NCBI GenBank assembly: GCA_963666055.2
Contig: CAXWPH010000015.1
Location: forward strand, 1,024,001-1,088,000
Source of the DNA: Acidobacteriota bacterium
GTDB taxonomy: Bacteria > Acidobacteriota > UBA890 > WLXD01
DNA length: 64,000 nucleotides
Direction: 5' to 3'
The notes beneath the pieces are model-generated. The model worked only from the letters and a program-made list of their open reading frames with translations, made no database searches and was not told the origin of the DNA. Each line of letters begins with the position of its first letter. The first letter of the stretch is position 1. Both the position numbers and the translations under genes were made by a program. Positions 41,779 through 51,473 of the stretch are shown here, one piece after another.

Positions 41779-42630
41779 TTAGCTCGACGTCACCTGTAGC
41801 TTGCTGGCCAGCCACACCGCGATGCGCTCGGCCAGGCTCGCGTGGGTTGAGAGCAGGCGGCTGGCATGCTCGGTCCCCGGAAGCATCAACAGCTCGACGC
41901 TGTGACTTCTTTCCTGCAGCGCCGCCACGATGTCGTGGAGGTGACGCTCGTCGATCGACGCGATGAAGAGCCAGGGAATCCCGCTTGCGTCTATCGCATC
42001 GATAGACTCGTCGCTGAACGACCCGGGCGAGAGCGCCACGTAGGCCTGCGCGTTTCCATAGAGCCTGCCGGCCTCGGCCATTTCCTCGCCGCTGTAGCTC
42101 CCACCCACCACGGCAATTCTGTCACCATCAATTCGCGGATGCGCTTTCAGGTACCGCTGCGCCGCAGCGACATCGACCTCTGAATCCCAAATCAGCGGAT
42201 CGCGTCGGTTTTCGCCAGGCACGACAGGCACGAATCGACCCAGATTGATGCTCTCGCCGTGTCCACGCAGATCCAGCCGTAGCGACGCCACACCCCTGGC
42301 GGCGAGTTGCGCTGCAAGGCCTTCGTAGGCCGTCCGGTTGCCCGCTGCTTTGTTGAGCATCAGTACGCCCGGGACCGCCTGTTGCGACGCCGGGAGTCGG
42401 AGGTCGCCGACCAGCTCCCAGCCATCGTTGGGCACCACAACCCGCACTTCAGCGGCGACCCGATGCCCTTCCTGGCGTTCGATCGGCGCTTCGGCCCAAT
42501 GGAAACCGGTAGCAACGCTCAGGACAGCGGCGATTACAACAGGACGGTTCTTCAAGAGATCCGTGAGGCCCGTCAGCTCCCAGTGTGCCAGCGCGAACGG
42601 GACGCTGAACCATCTCGACATCGCCACCAT
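41779..42630 (-). CDS. Alpha/beta hydrolase
   Basis: DLRGHGES, GGSYSG nucleophile elbow, C-terminal His. Confidence 0.82.
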   Translation of the reverse strand: MVAMSRWFSVPFALAHWELTGLTDLLKNRPVVIAAVLSVATGFHWAEAPIERQEGHRVAAEVRVVVPNDGWELVGDLRLPASQQAVPGVLMLNKAAGNRTAYEGLAAQLAARGVASLRLDLRGHGESINLGRFVPVVPGENRRDPLIWDSEVDVAAAQRYLKAHPRIDGDRIAVVGGSYSGEEMAEAGRLYGNAQAYVALSPGSFSDESIDAIDASGIPWLFIASIDERHLHDIVAALQERSHSVELLMLPGTEHASRLLSTHASLAERIAVWLASKLQVTSS

Positions 42631-42644
42631 CCTCGGGTTCGAGC

Positions 42645-42662
42645 CACTTTCACCACGGCCTG
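42645..42662 (-). repeat. IS5-like terminal repeat (18 bp, solo)
   Basis: CACTTTCACCACGGCCTG|CTAG. Confidence 0.8.
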
Positions 42663-42675
42663 CTAGAGAACGCTG

Positions 42676-44532
42676 CTACTCAATAATCGGCAAAACAAGG
42701 TGAGACGGCGATTCTTGGGAGCGATATATCTTTTGTGTCGCTTTTTGATAATCGTTCTTCTTGGCGCGGTAAATGTTGGTGAAGGTCTGCGGGTTGCGGT
42801 CAAATGCCGGGAACCAGGAACTGTGAACCTGAACCATGATTTTGTGCCCTTTCTTGAAAGTATGAAACTTGTCCCTTATCTCAAAGCTGATGGCTGTTAC
42901 TTGGTCCGGTTCCATGGGTTCGGGGTTCGAGTAGCTGTTGCGGTATTTGCCCCTCATTACCTCGAAGCCCAGCAGCATCTGATAACCACCCATTTTGACA
43001 GTCCCATTATCCGGGGCATCTCCCGGATAAACATCGATGAGCTTTACAAACCAGTCACTGTCCGTTCCGGAGGTTGAGGCAAAGAGGTTGGCGCGAATAG
43101 GCCCGGCTATGGTTATTTCTTCTTCCAGTGCCTTTGTCTGGTAAGTCAGGACATCAGTCCGAGTGGAGGTATGACGCTGGTCTCCCACCATATGGTTGTA
43201 CGGTGCCATGGGTATTTCGAGTGAAAACGGGATAGGTTTCGCCGGGTCGCTTATATAGCTGTCATGGGTATTGTGGTTGCTTTCTGTTGGTTGGTCGAAG
43301 GAGAGCCCGTCGTCTTCCTGAAGATAAATATTCGTTTTGACCACATGGTTTGGAGGCCACTGTTCGAAGCGGTGCCACCTGTTGTTGCCGGTTTCAAACA
43401 CGGTGGCTTCGGAAGGTGACCAGCTCCCCTCGTCTTTCAAGTAGTACTGGAAGAAGGGGAAAATAATATCCTTCTGAAAATATTCAGAAGTCTTGGCGCC
43501 AAACTGAATGTCTCCCAGCGTTGATCCGTCATCCGCACGCCATCCGCCATGCCGCCAGGGGCCAACGACAAGCGTGCTGTGGTTTTCGCGGTTCTTTTCC
43601 TCGATGGTCTGATACGTTGCGATGGCCCCGTAGGGGTCAGGGGAGTCGAACCATCCCGCCACATTCAAAACAGGTATCGTGACATTGTCGAGCGACCGCG
43701 CGACATTTCTGCTCTTCCAAAACTCATCGTAGTCGGGATGTTCAATTACGTTCTGCCATACTTGGGTCATCTGCCCTTCATAGTGTCGCTCGTTGAGTTG
43801 ATCCGTCGGTCCGGCATTCAGAAAGAACTCATAGGCCCAGGGCGTCCCGTGATCCATAGGCTCGGGACGGATTCCATTCAGCCTGCCCCGATTGGGGCCA
43901 CTGGCAACGCTCATGGCGAACCACCATTCCGTGCCCAGCATCGTGAAAGCGCCGTTATGATGGGAATCATCACCGAGAAAGGGATCAAACGTCGTCGCCT
44001 GAGGGGATGCCGCCTTGAGTGCCGGATGCGCACCAATGATGCCCATAACCGTATACCAGCCGGGATGGGAGATCCCCCACTGGCCCAGCCGTCCGTTATT
44101 TCCTGAAATGTTCGTGACCAGCCACTCGATGGTGTCGTAGCTATCCGTCGCTTCATCTGTGCCACTGTCGTCGCTGCGGACCGGCCGAAGATTGATCCAT
44201 TCTCCTTCAGACTGATATGTACCGCGTCCGTCTTGAAATACGAAAATATAGCCATCTTCCAGAAAGTCATCACTTGGGGCCATTCGTTCAGGCGGATGAA
44301 ATTCGTCGGGACCATACGGGCTGGCGGAATAGGGGGTGCGTACCATCAGGAAAGGATATGTCTGTGATTTGTCCTTGGGGGTGTAGACGACAGTATGTAG
44401 TTTGATGCCGTCGCGTACCGGAATCTCGTAAACCGAACGGTCGTAATGTGCCCTGACGTCAAATTCTGTCGTGGCCGCAAGGCCAATGTCCCAGATCAGA
44501 AAGAGTATGGACAATGAAATGAGTTGTTTCAT
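42676..44532 (-). CDS. CocE/NonD family hydrolase (alpha-amino acid ester hydrolase/glutaryl-7-ACA acylase-like)
   Basis: RTPY, QDGRG..SEG, WGISHPG, GWFD, GPWRHG, WFPAFDRNPQ; visibly more AT-rich than its neighbours. Confidence 0.92.
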   Translation of the reverse strand: MKQLISLSILFLIWDIGLAATTEFDVRAHYDRSVYEIPVRDGIKLHTVVYTPKDKSQTYPFLMVRTPYSASPYGPDEFHPPERMAPSDDFLEDGYIFVFQDGRGTYQSEGEWINLRPVRSDDSGTDEATDSYDTIEWLVTNISGNNGRLGQWGISHPGWYTVMGIIGAHPALKAASPQATTFDPFLGDDSHHNGAFTMLGTEWWFAMSVASGPNRGRLNGIRPEPMDHGTPWAYEFFLNAGPTDQLNERHYEGQMTQVWQNVIEHPDYDEFWKSRNVARSLDNVTIPVLNVAGWFDSPDPYGAIATYQTIEEKNRENHSTLVVGPWRHGGWRADDGSTLGDIQFGAKTSEYFQKDIIFPFFQYYLKDEGSWSPSEATVFETGNNRWHRFEQWPPNHVVKTNIYLQEDDGLSFDQPTESNHNTHDSYISDPAKPIPFSLEIPMAPYNHMVGDQRHTSTRTDVLTYQTKALEEEITIAGPIRANLFASTSGTDSDWFVKLIDVYPGDAPDNGTVKMGGYQMLLGFEVMRGKYRNSYSNPEPMEPDQVTAISFEIRDKFHTFKKGHKIMVQVHSSWFPAFDRNPQTFTNIYRAKKNDYQKATQKIYRSQESPSHLVLPIIE

Positions 44533-44691
44533 GACAGCCCCGATAAGGAAGAACTGGAAGATCGATAGCGTCCAGCCCCGGTCCGCACGAAGTGCCGTCC
44601 TGAGACAGGACCGGGGCCTCCGATTGAGTGCTTGGCGAAACTAGCAGAACGCGAGAAGACAGGGCAAGGCGCGACCTGTCTCACGAGTCGG

Positions 44692-45792
44692 CTAATTCCT
44701 GACCCGGATCCACTGCACCAGGCGCTGGCCGGTGACTTCCCCCACGAGGATGCTGCCATCGGGATGCAATCCAATGAACTCCTGAGCGACGCCGAGAGGT
44801 TGGCCGTTCTCCGTAAATCCGGAGAGCTGAAGCTCGGGAATGAAGGTTTCGATCGAACCTGTCTTGGCGCTGCCGATCCAGATGCCCCGGTCGTAGCCAT
44901 AGCTCCCGCCGCCCGGGAACTCTGTGTCCAGCACACCGGTCAATGATGTCGTGCCATCGACCACATAAATCCTGTCCTGGTCATCAATGGCGATCGAGCT
45001 CGGTCTCCCGAAATGAGTCCACAGCCCGATGAAAGTCCCCTCCTGGTCGAAGATCTGGATCCGATTGTTGCCCCGGTCGGAAACGAAGAGCCGACCTCGG
45101 GAATCGATTGCGAGGTGATGGGGATCGTTGAACAGACCGCGCGCAGCGGTCGCCGCGTCCACGCCACCTCCGATCTGCATGACGAACGTCCCATCTGGCG
45201 AGAATTTAACCAGGCGGTTGTTGCCACCGCGATGCCCATCCGTGACCCAGATCTCGCCATTGGGGGCGACCAGCACATGGGAGGGTCCATTGAAGTGCGT
45301 CTCGTCGTCGCCGGGGGTGGCGGCTTCGCCCAGGGTCATCAATACTTCTCCCTCCGGGCTCAACTTGAAGACCTGGTGCCCCCGGCCGAGTTTGAATCCC
45401 GCTTCTCCTCGAGGTTCTCCTGCCGGCGATCCCTCGGTCACCCAGAGATTTCCGTCGTGGTCCACGAAGAAACCGTGAGGCCACCCGAAGAGCCCCTTGC
45501 CAAGGCTCGTCACCAGGTTCCCGTGGAGGTCAAATTTGAGGATCGGGTCTACGTCAACGCCAGCGCAGTTGTTCCCACCACACCTGTCCATCAGCCACAT
45601 GTGTTGGCCATCGGGATCCAGGTATATCCCGGCCACCACCCCCAGAGTCCTCCCCTCCGGGAGCTTTGCCCATCCGTACAAGGCGCGATACGGATTACTG
45701 TGTTGGGCGCTTGACTCCGCCGGAACCATCACCACGGCCAGCGTTGCAAGCGTTGCGACGAGTGTTGATCTGAATCGGCTCGGTTGTGACAT
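44692..45792 (-). CDS. NHL-repeat protein (peptidyl-alpha-hydroxyglycine lyase-like)
   Basis: WPHG, FNGPS, DPHHLAIDSRGRLFVSDRGNNRIQIFD. Confidence 0.85.
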   Translation of the reverse strand: MSQPSRFRSTLVATLATLAVVMVPAESSAQHSNPYRALYGWAKLPEGRTLGVVAGIYLDPDGQHMWLMDRCGGNNCAGVDVDPILKFDLHGNLVTSLGKGLFGWPHGFFVDHDGNLWVTEGSPAGEPRGEAGFKLGRGHQVFKLSPEGEVLMTLGEAATPGDDETHFNGPSHVLVAPNGEIWVTDGHRGGNNRLVKFSPDGTFVMQIGGGVDAATAARGLFNDPHHLAIDSRGRLFVSDRGNNRIQIFDQEGTFIGLWTHFGRPSSIAIDDQDRIYVVDGTTSLTGVLDTEFPGGGSYGYDRGIWIGSAKTGSIETFIPELQLSGFTENGQPLGVAQEFIGLHPDGSILVGEVTGQRLVQWIRVRN

Positions 45793-45892
45793 CTCGACTA
45801 CCTCCCTGACAGCCTCCTGTGCAGCCGGCATGACTATATGCTTCCTCCGCGCGGAGAGAGCTGGGCGACACGCCATCGCACGGGAGACCGGA

Positions 45893-46732
45893 ATGTCGAG
45901 ATCGATCACTACCCTCGTGGTTCTGACGCTACTGGTACCGACCGTTGCACAGACGCAGGTACCGGTAACCGTCGAGACGGACGTTATCTACAGTCGCACG
46001 CTCGGCTCGGCGGTCCTTGCGGACATCGCCTACCCGGTCGACGGCGAGGATCTGCCGGTCATCATGTACGTGCACGGAGGTCGGTGGCGCGCCGGCCAGC
46101 GGGTCAACGATGCCGGGCTGAAGGTCGCCGAGTGGGCCGGGCGGGGGTTTTTCGCCATGACGATCGACTATCGCCTGGTCGGTGCCTCTCCCGCGCCGGC
46201 AGCCTATCAGGACGTCCAGACGGCGATTCGCTGGGTGCACGCGCACGCCGACGAGTACCGCCTCGATCAGGATCGCATCTACCTGATCGGCAACTCGTCC
46301 GGCGGCCATCTCGTGGCCCTGGTGGCCACCCTGGGCGAGGGACCCTTCGCGCGGGTGGGCGGCTGGGAGAACTTTCGCACCGACGTGCGGGCCGTCATCA
46401 GCGCCGCCGGTCCTTACGACCTGAATACGCTGTCGTGGGGGGATCTCTGGACGCCGGTCGAGGGCGCCGCCCGCGAGGCACGCACGATCGCGTCGCCGAT
46501 CCACAACATCGGCCCCGGGACCAGGCCGATCCTCATCGTGCACTCGGATGACGACCGTTCCGTGCCGATCCAGCAGGCCGTAGACATGGCCGCCGCACTC
46601 GATGCGTCCGGTGTTCACCACCGCTTCGTCCACTACGAAGATCGTGGCCACATGTCGGTCACCGACGAGGTGACGGAACACACCTTGGCTTTCATCGCCG
46701 AGGTGGAGGGGATCGGGGACCCTCGACCGTAG
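45893..46732 (+). CDS. Alpha/beta hydrolase (HSL-like esterase), secreted
   Basis: HGGRW, GNSSGG, HSDDD, GH. Confidence 0.88.
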   Translation: MSRSITTLVVLTLLVPTVAQTQVPVTVETDVIYSRTLGSAVLADIAYPVDGEDLPVIMYVHGGRWRAGQRVNDAGLKVAEWAGRGFFAMTIDYRLVGASPAPAAYQDVQTAIRWVHAHADEYRLDQDRIYLIGNSSGGHLVALVATLGEGPFARVGGWENFRTDVRAVISAAGPYDLNTLSWGDLWTPVEGAAREARTIASPIHNIGPGTRPILIVHSDDDRSVPIQQAVDMAAALDASGVHHRFVHYEDRGHMSVTDEVTEHTLAFIAEVEGIGDPRP

Positions 46733-46873
46733 CTCGGCTATTCCACCAGCTCTGGGAACGCGTTTACATCCGAGTACAATCCGGCCAGCGGGCGACGGGC
46801 CGGGCGCGAACGGACCGCGGTGCGGACTGACGCCAATGTCGCGGATCTGAGAAGGACAAAGAACCGAGTCGCT

Positions 46874-48289
46874 ATGCAACTGGCATTAGGGATCAGCCTC
46901 GTCGTGTTCTTCACCCTCATGGTGGGGATCTCGATATGGGCAAGCAAGCGAATCCACACGGGCGAGGACTACATCGTCGCTGGCCGCCGCCTGTCGGGCA
47001 TCATGACGACGGCCACGATAATGGCCACCTGGTACGCCGCAGAGACCATCCTCGTCACCGCAGACACGGTACGAACCGACGGAATCCAGATAACGGTTCT
47101 CGAGCCTATCGGCATCGGACTCTGCCTGATCTTGGCCGGCGCGGTCTTTGCCCGGCGCCTTTGGGAAACGAAGCTCCTCACGCTTGCTGATGTCATCGGC
47201 GCGCGGTTCGGTACGATTGCCGAGAAGCTGCAGGCGTTCGTATCGATCAGCTACATCGGTTGGGTGGCGGTCCAGCTGCTGGGGCTTGCCGGCGTGCTCA
47301 ACGTCTATTTCGACCTGCCGATCTCGACGGGCGTCATCCTGATCACGACGGTGCTGACCCTGTACACGTTGGTCGGCGGCCTGTGGTCGGTCGCGATGAC
47401 CGACATCGTGCAGCTGGGCCTGCTGTTGATCGGTATCGTCATCCTCACGTTCCGTGTTCTTGCGGAGCTCGGTGACGGTCCGTTGTCCGGTACTGCCGCA
47501 CTGTTCGACCAGCTCGACGCCGAACTGCTCGTTTGGGTTCCCACCGGTTCGTTCGAAGAGATGCAAACGTGGGTCGGACTGATCTTCATTGGCGTGTTCG
47601 CCAACGTCGCGACGCAGGATCTCGCACAACGGATGTTCGCGGCGCGGTCCTCGAGAACCGCCGCACGCTCCACCGTCGCAGCCGGGATTCTGTACATCTT
47701 CTTCGGCGCGTTCCCGGTTCTCCTCGGACTTGCCGGCAACTTGCTTCTCGATGAGTCCGTGGTTCAGGGCGTCATCCCGGCATTGGCGGAGCAGCTATTT
47801 TCACCGACCCTCTCGGTCATCTTCGCGTTGACCCTCACGGCCGCGGTTACGTCCAGCGTAGACAGCGGGCTCTTGGCACCGGCCAGCGTCATAGCGCGGA
47901 ACGTCGTCGGCCCGATTCTCAAGGACCGGATCAGCCTCATTACCCTGACCCGAATCTCCGTCGTGGTCATTGCAGTGATCAGCGCCTGGCTGGCGCTGTC
48001 GGGCACGCGCGCCTTCGAGCTCATACAGGGCAGTTACGCCGCCACGCTGCCATCATTCATCGTGCTGTGGGCGGCGCTGTATCACAAGGAAGCACGCCCG
48101 ATACCCGGGACGCTGACACTGGTCGCCGGCATTGGCCTATGGCTCTATGAGATCATCCGCAACATCGCCTCGGGAGGCACGGACACGGAAGTGCTGTCGC
48201 CCGGTTTCCCCGTGATCTTGCTGGTGCTGTGCTTCGTGGTCTACTGGACCTCGCATTGGGTGGTCCGAAGGCTCGAGACGCGGGGCTAG
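46874..48289 (+). CDS. Sodium:solute symporter family protein
   Basis: EDYIVAGRRL, YTLVGGLWSVAMTD, QRMFAARS; many TM segments. Confidence 0.9.
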   Translation: MQLALGISLVVFFTLMVGISIWASKRIHTGEDYIVAGRRLSGIMTTATIMATWYAAETILVTADTVRTDGIQITVLEPIGIGLCLILAGAVFARRLWETKLLTLADVIGARFGTIAEKLQAFVSISYIGWVAVQLLGLAGVLNVYFDLPISTGVILITTVLTLYTLVGGLWSVAMTDIVQLGLLLIGIVILTFRVLAELGDGPLSGTAALFDQLDAELLVWVPTGSFEEMQTWVGLIFIGVFANVATQDLAQRMFAARSSRTAARSTVAAGILYIFFGAFPVLLGLAGNLLLDESVVQGVIPALAEQLFSPTLSVIFALTLTAAVTSSVDSGLLAPASVIARNVVGPILKDRISLITLTRISVVVIAVISAWLALSGTRAFELIQGSYAATLPSFIVLWAALYHKEARPIPGTLTLVAGIGLWLYEIIRNIASGGTDTEVLSPGFPVILLVLCFVVYWTSHWVVRRLETRG

Positions 48290-48561
48290 CAGGCCGTGGT
48301 GAAAGTGTGGTGGGTCTGGCGACAGGGTCTTGCGAAGTGGAGGCAAGGAGAGAGGAGGTAGGCGATGGTTACCCCATCGTTGACGAGGAACGACGCAGCA
48401 TACGCGCGCAACCCCCTGTCGCCCGAAGGGTTACGGCGATTTGGGGCCATCTGCGATGTTGGCCTTTCTCGACGATGGCTAGGGCATCGCCTGTGTCAGG
48501 CCGCCTTGCATCTGGCCCCAACTCGCCGTAACCAGACCCACCACACTTTCACCACGGCCTG
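48290..48561. mobile_element. 272-bp MITE-like element with IS5-type ends
   Basis: Perfect 30-bp terminal IRs, flanked by CTAG and CTAA; no transposase inside. Confidence 0.82.
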
Positions 48562-48657
48562 CTAAGGGACGGCGAACACTACCGGGCGGCCTGCGTTGGA
48601 TCTCGTCTCCTGTGGCTGTAGGCTTCACGCGCTCACCCACCTCCCTCTGGTCGCGCC

Positions 48658-51345
48658 ATGGAACCTGGTACTCGACTCGGCCACTACGAGATCCTCGCCC
48701 CACTCGGTGCAGGCGGTATGGGACAGGTGTACCGAGCACGCGATAACACCCTGGATCGTGATGTCGCCATCAAGGTGCTGCCGGAGGACTTCGCCACCGA
48801 CCCCGAGCGGCTGGCTCGCTTCGAGCGCGAAGCCAAGCTCCTCGCCTCGCTGAACCACCCCAACATCGCCACCATCCACGGGTTCGACGAGTCCGACGGT
48901 GTCCGCTTCATCGCCATGGAGCTGGTGGAAGGTCAAAGTCTCGTCGAGAGGATCGAAGCGACGGGTCGGATCGAGCTCGACGAGGCACTGGAGATCGCCC
49001 GCCAGATCGCGCTGGCGCTCGAAGCCGCCCACGAGGCCGGCGTCATCCATCGCGACCTGAAACCCGCCAACGTCCAGGTCGCACCTGATGGTGCGGTCAA
49101 GGTGCTCGACTTCGGGCTGGCTAAAGCCTACGAAGCGGACGCCAACGAGCCGTCAGCGGAACTAAGCCAATCGCCCACGATGATGGGGGCAACGGGAGCC
49201 GGCGTGATCATGGGGACGGCCCCCTACATGAGTCCAGAACAGGCGCGGGGCAAGCCGGTCGATAGGCGCAGCGACATCTGGGCCTTCGGCTGCGTGTTCT
49301 ACGAGATGTTGACGGGTCAACCGGCATTCAGCGGCGAAACCGCGACCGACACCCTGGCGGCGATTGTGCACGAAGAGCCGGACTGGGCCACTGTGCCAGA
49401 AGCGGTGCCAGCGATCATTCGGCACCTGTTGCGCCGATGCCTTGTGAAGGAACCGCGTGACCGTCTCCACGACATCGCCGATGCTCGCATCGAGATCATC
49501 AGCGCCGTCAGTGAGCCTGAGAGAGACTTCGCCGCCGTCACACCTGTGTCAGTTCGATCCTCTGGTTGGCGCCTAGCAGCACCCTGGCTCGTCGCTGCTG
49601 CCGCAGTTGTGGCCGGTGGCATTGGTACTTTCGGGGGTTGGGCACTCTACGAGCCGGCACCGGTCGCATCTCTGCCCCCGACCCGCTTCTCGGTGAACCT
49701 GCCAGCGCCCATCAGCAACACTGGGGTCGGCCCTCAAGTGGTATCCGCCATCTCATCAGACGGCCAGCGCATGGTATTTGCGCTGCAAGAAGGCGGCAGC
49801 ACGCGGCTCTACCTACGGGAAATGGACGCTACCGAAGCGGTACCGATCGCGGGCACCGAGGGAGGACGCTCCCCCTTCTTCTCCCCTGATGGCGACTCGA
49901 TCGCCTTCCATGATGGCATCCAGCTCAAGCAGGTCTCTCTGACGGGCGGTGGCCCGCTGACAATTACCCCCACTGCGGGCAATTTATTAGGTGGCTTCTG
50001 GGATGAAGACGACTGGATCTACTTTGCTACCAACATCATTCAGGCGCCGATGCGTGTTCCAGCCGCGGGAGGTCAGGCTGAGGAAATAGCAGCGGAGGGG
50101 ACCAAGCGGGTCGGCGGTCTGTACGCCTGGCCACAGCTTCTGCCCGACAAGGAAACGCTGCTGGTTACCGTGTACGAGGCAGATCAGGATTTCTGGAACA
50201 TCGCTCTAATATCACTGGTGACCGGAACAGAGAGGAGTCTCGGGCCTGGCGGCGGCGCCCGGTACTTGGCCTCAGGCCACCTCGTCTACACACAGCCCAC
50301 CGGCCGGGGGCGCCAGGGCACCTTCCCGGTCGTGATCGCGCCCTTCGACCTCGAACGGCTAGAGATCTCTGGCCCTGTCGTTCGGTTGCCTTTCGATGTC
50401 GCTTCGAGTTGGGGATATCCCGCTTTGTCTAGCTCCCGTAACGGCACGCTTGTCTACTTACCGCAGCCCGTCAACGCCCAGAGGTTGGCGTGGGTACAGC
50501 GCGATGGCAGCTCCACGCTTCTCGACATCGAAGGAGGTCAACTCCACGCTCCACGGCTCTCTCCCGAGGGCAGCCGGGTGGCTGTATCCGAAAACGCATT
50601 TGATCTGCTCACCTTTGATCTTGAGGGACGAGCGGTCGTCCACACGGGCGCCTCGGTAGGCGGAACAATCACGTACCCCGTCTGGAGCAATGACGGCAAT
50701 CGGCTGCTGTTCACGTCCAACACGAGTGGACCGTTGAATATCTATTCCTCTGCGGTGGACGGAAGCGATCTGGAGTTGCTCGTCGAGACTGAGACTCCCA
50801 TAGTTCCAACGTCGTTGTCGGAGGATGACACCCTGCTTTTTTACGAGGTCACTGCCACGCGAGGGCGCGACATCTGGGTGCTTCCGCCTGATGGCCCCCC
50901 TGTGCCCGTGCTGGCAACACCGGCCAACGAGCGTGCGCCAGCGTTTGCCCCCGGCGGCCGCTTCTTCGCCTACGTATCAGATGAAGAAGGGCAAGACGAG
51001 GTCTACGTACGGCGATACCCCGATACCGGTACCCGGTGGAAGGTCTCAGCAGGCGGTGGCCGTGGGCCAATGTGGTCACCCCTTGGACACGAGATTTTCT
51101 ATGCGATCGGCGACAGGATGATGGCGGTACCTGTCCAAACCGAGCCCAGCTTCCAGTCGGGCAGGCCAGTGGAGCTCTTTGAATCGCGCTTCACCCTCGA
51201 TCAGTTCGGCAACGCGAATTACGACATCGCCGATGATGGTCAGCGTTTTCTGATGGTCCAAGAGACAGCGCCGCCACTGACCCAGGTTCCGGTGATCATC
51301 AACTGGTTCGACGAGCTGAAGCGGCTCGTGCCGACGGACCCGTAG
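48658..51345 (+). CDS. Ser/Thr protein kinase with TM and PD40 beta-propeller
   Basis: Complete kinase motifs (HRDLKPAN, DFG, YMSPEQ), TM segment, propeller, ends IINWFDELKRLVPTDP*. Confidence 0.95.
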   Translation: MEPGTRLGHYEILAPLGAGGMGQVYRARDNTLDRDVAIKVLPEDFATDPERLARFEREAKLLASLNHPNIATIHGFDESDGVRFIAMELVEGQSLVERIEATGRIELDEALEIARQIALALEAAHEAGVIHRDLKPANVQVAPDGAVKVLDFGLAKAYEADANEPSAELSQSPTMMGATGAGVIMGTAPYMSPEQARGKPVDRRSDIWAFGCVFYEMLTGQPAFSGETATDTLAAIVHEEPDWATVPEAVPAIIRHLLRRCLVKEPRDRLHDIADARIEIISAVSEPERDFAAVTPVSVRSSGWRLAAPWLVAAAAVVAGGIGTFGGWALYEPAPVASLPPTRFSVNLPAPISNTGVGPQVVSAISSDGQRMVFALQEGGSTRLYLREMDATEAVPIAGTEGGRSPFFSPDGDSIAFHDGIQLKQVSLTGGGPLTITPTAGNLLGGFWDEDDWIYFATNIIQAPMRVPAAGGQAEEIAAEGTKRVGGLYAWPQLLPDKETLLVTVYEADQDFWNIALISLVTGTERSLGPGGGARYLASGHLVYTQPTGRGRQGTFPVVIAPFDLERLEISGPVVRLPFDVASSWGYPALSSSRNGTLVYLPQPVNAQRLAWVQRDGSSTLLDIEGGQLHAPRLSPEGSRVAVSENAFDLLTFDLEGRAVVHTGASVGGTITYPVWSNDGNRLLFTSNTSGPLNIYSSAVDGSDLELLVETETPIVPTSLSEDDTLLFYEVTATRGRDIWVLPPDGPPVPVLATPANERAPAFAPGGRFFAYVSDEEGQDEVYVRRYPDTGTRWKVSAGGGRGPMWSPLGHEIFYAIGDRMMAVPVQTEPSFQSGRPVELFESRFTLDQFGNANYDIADDGQRFLMVQETAPPLTQVPVIINWFDELKRLVPTDP

Positions 51346-51473
51346 TGCTTGTTAGCCGCACGAAGTCGGGGATGATGTTTCCGCGCACGCCGCCGTGGAT
51401 GCAGCCCAGCGGTTGAACAGATATCCACCGCAGCGCACTGTGTCATGAGTCGTTCGCAAAGTATTCTTCGATC

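Noticed and set aside
18482-51345. Diversity-generating retroelement TR/VR pair
   Set aside because: No reverse transcriptase in the window, and the differences are not confined to adenines.
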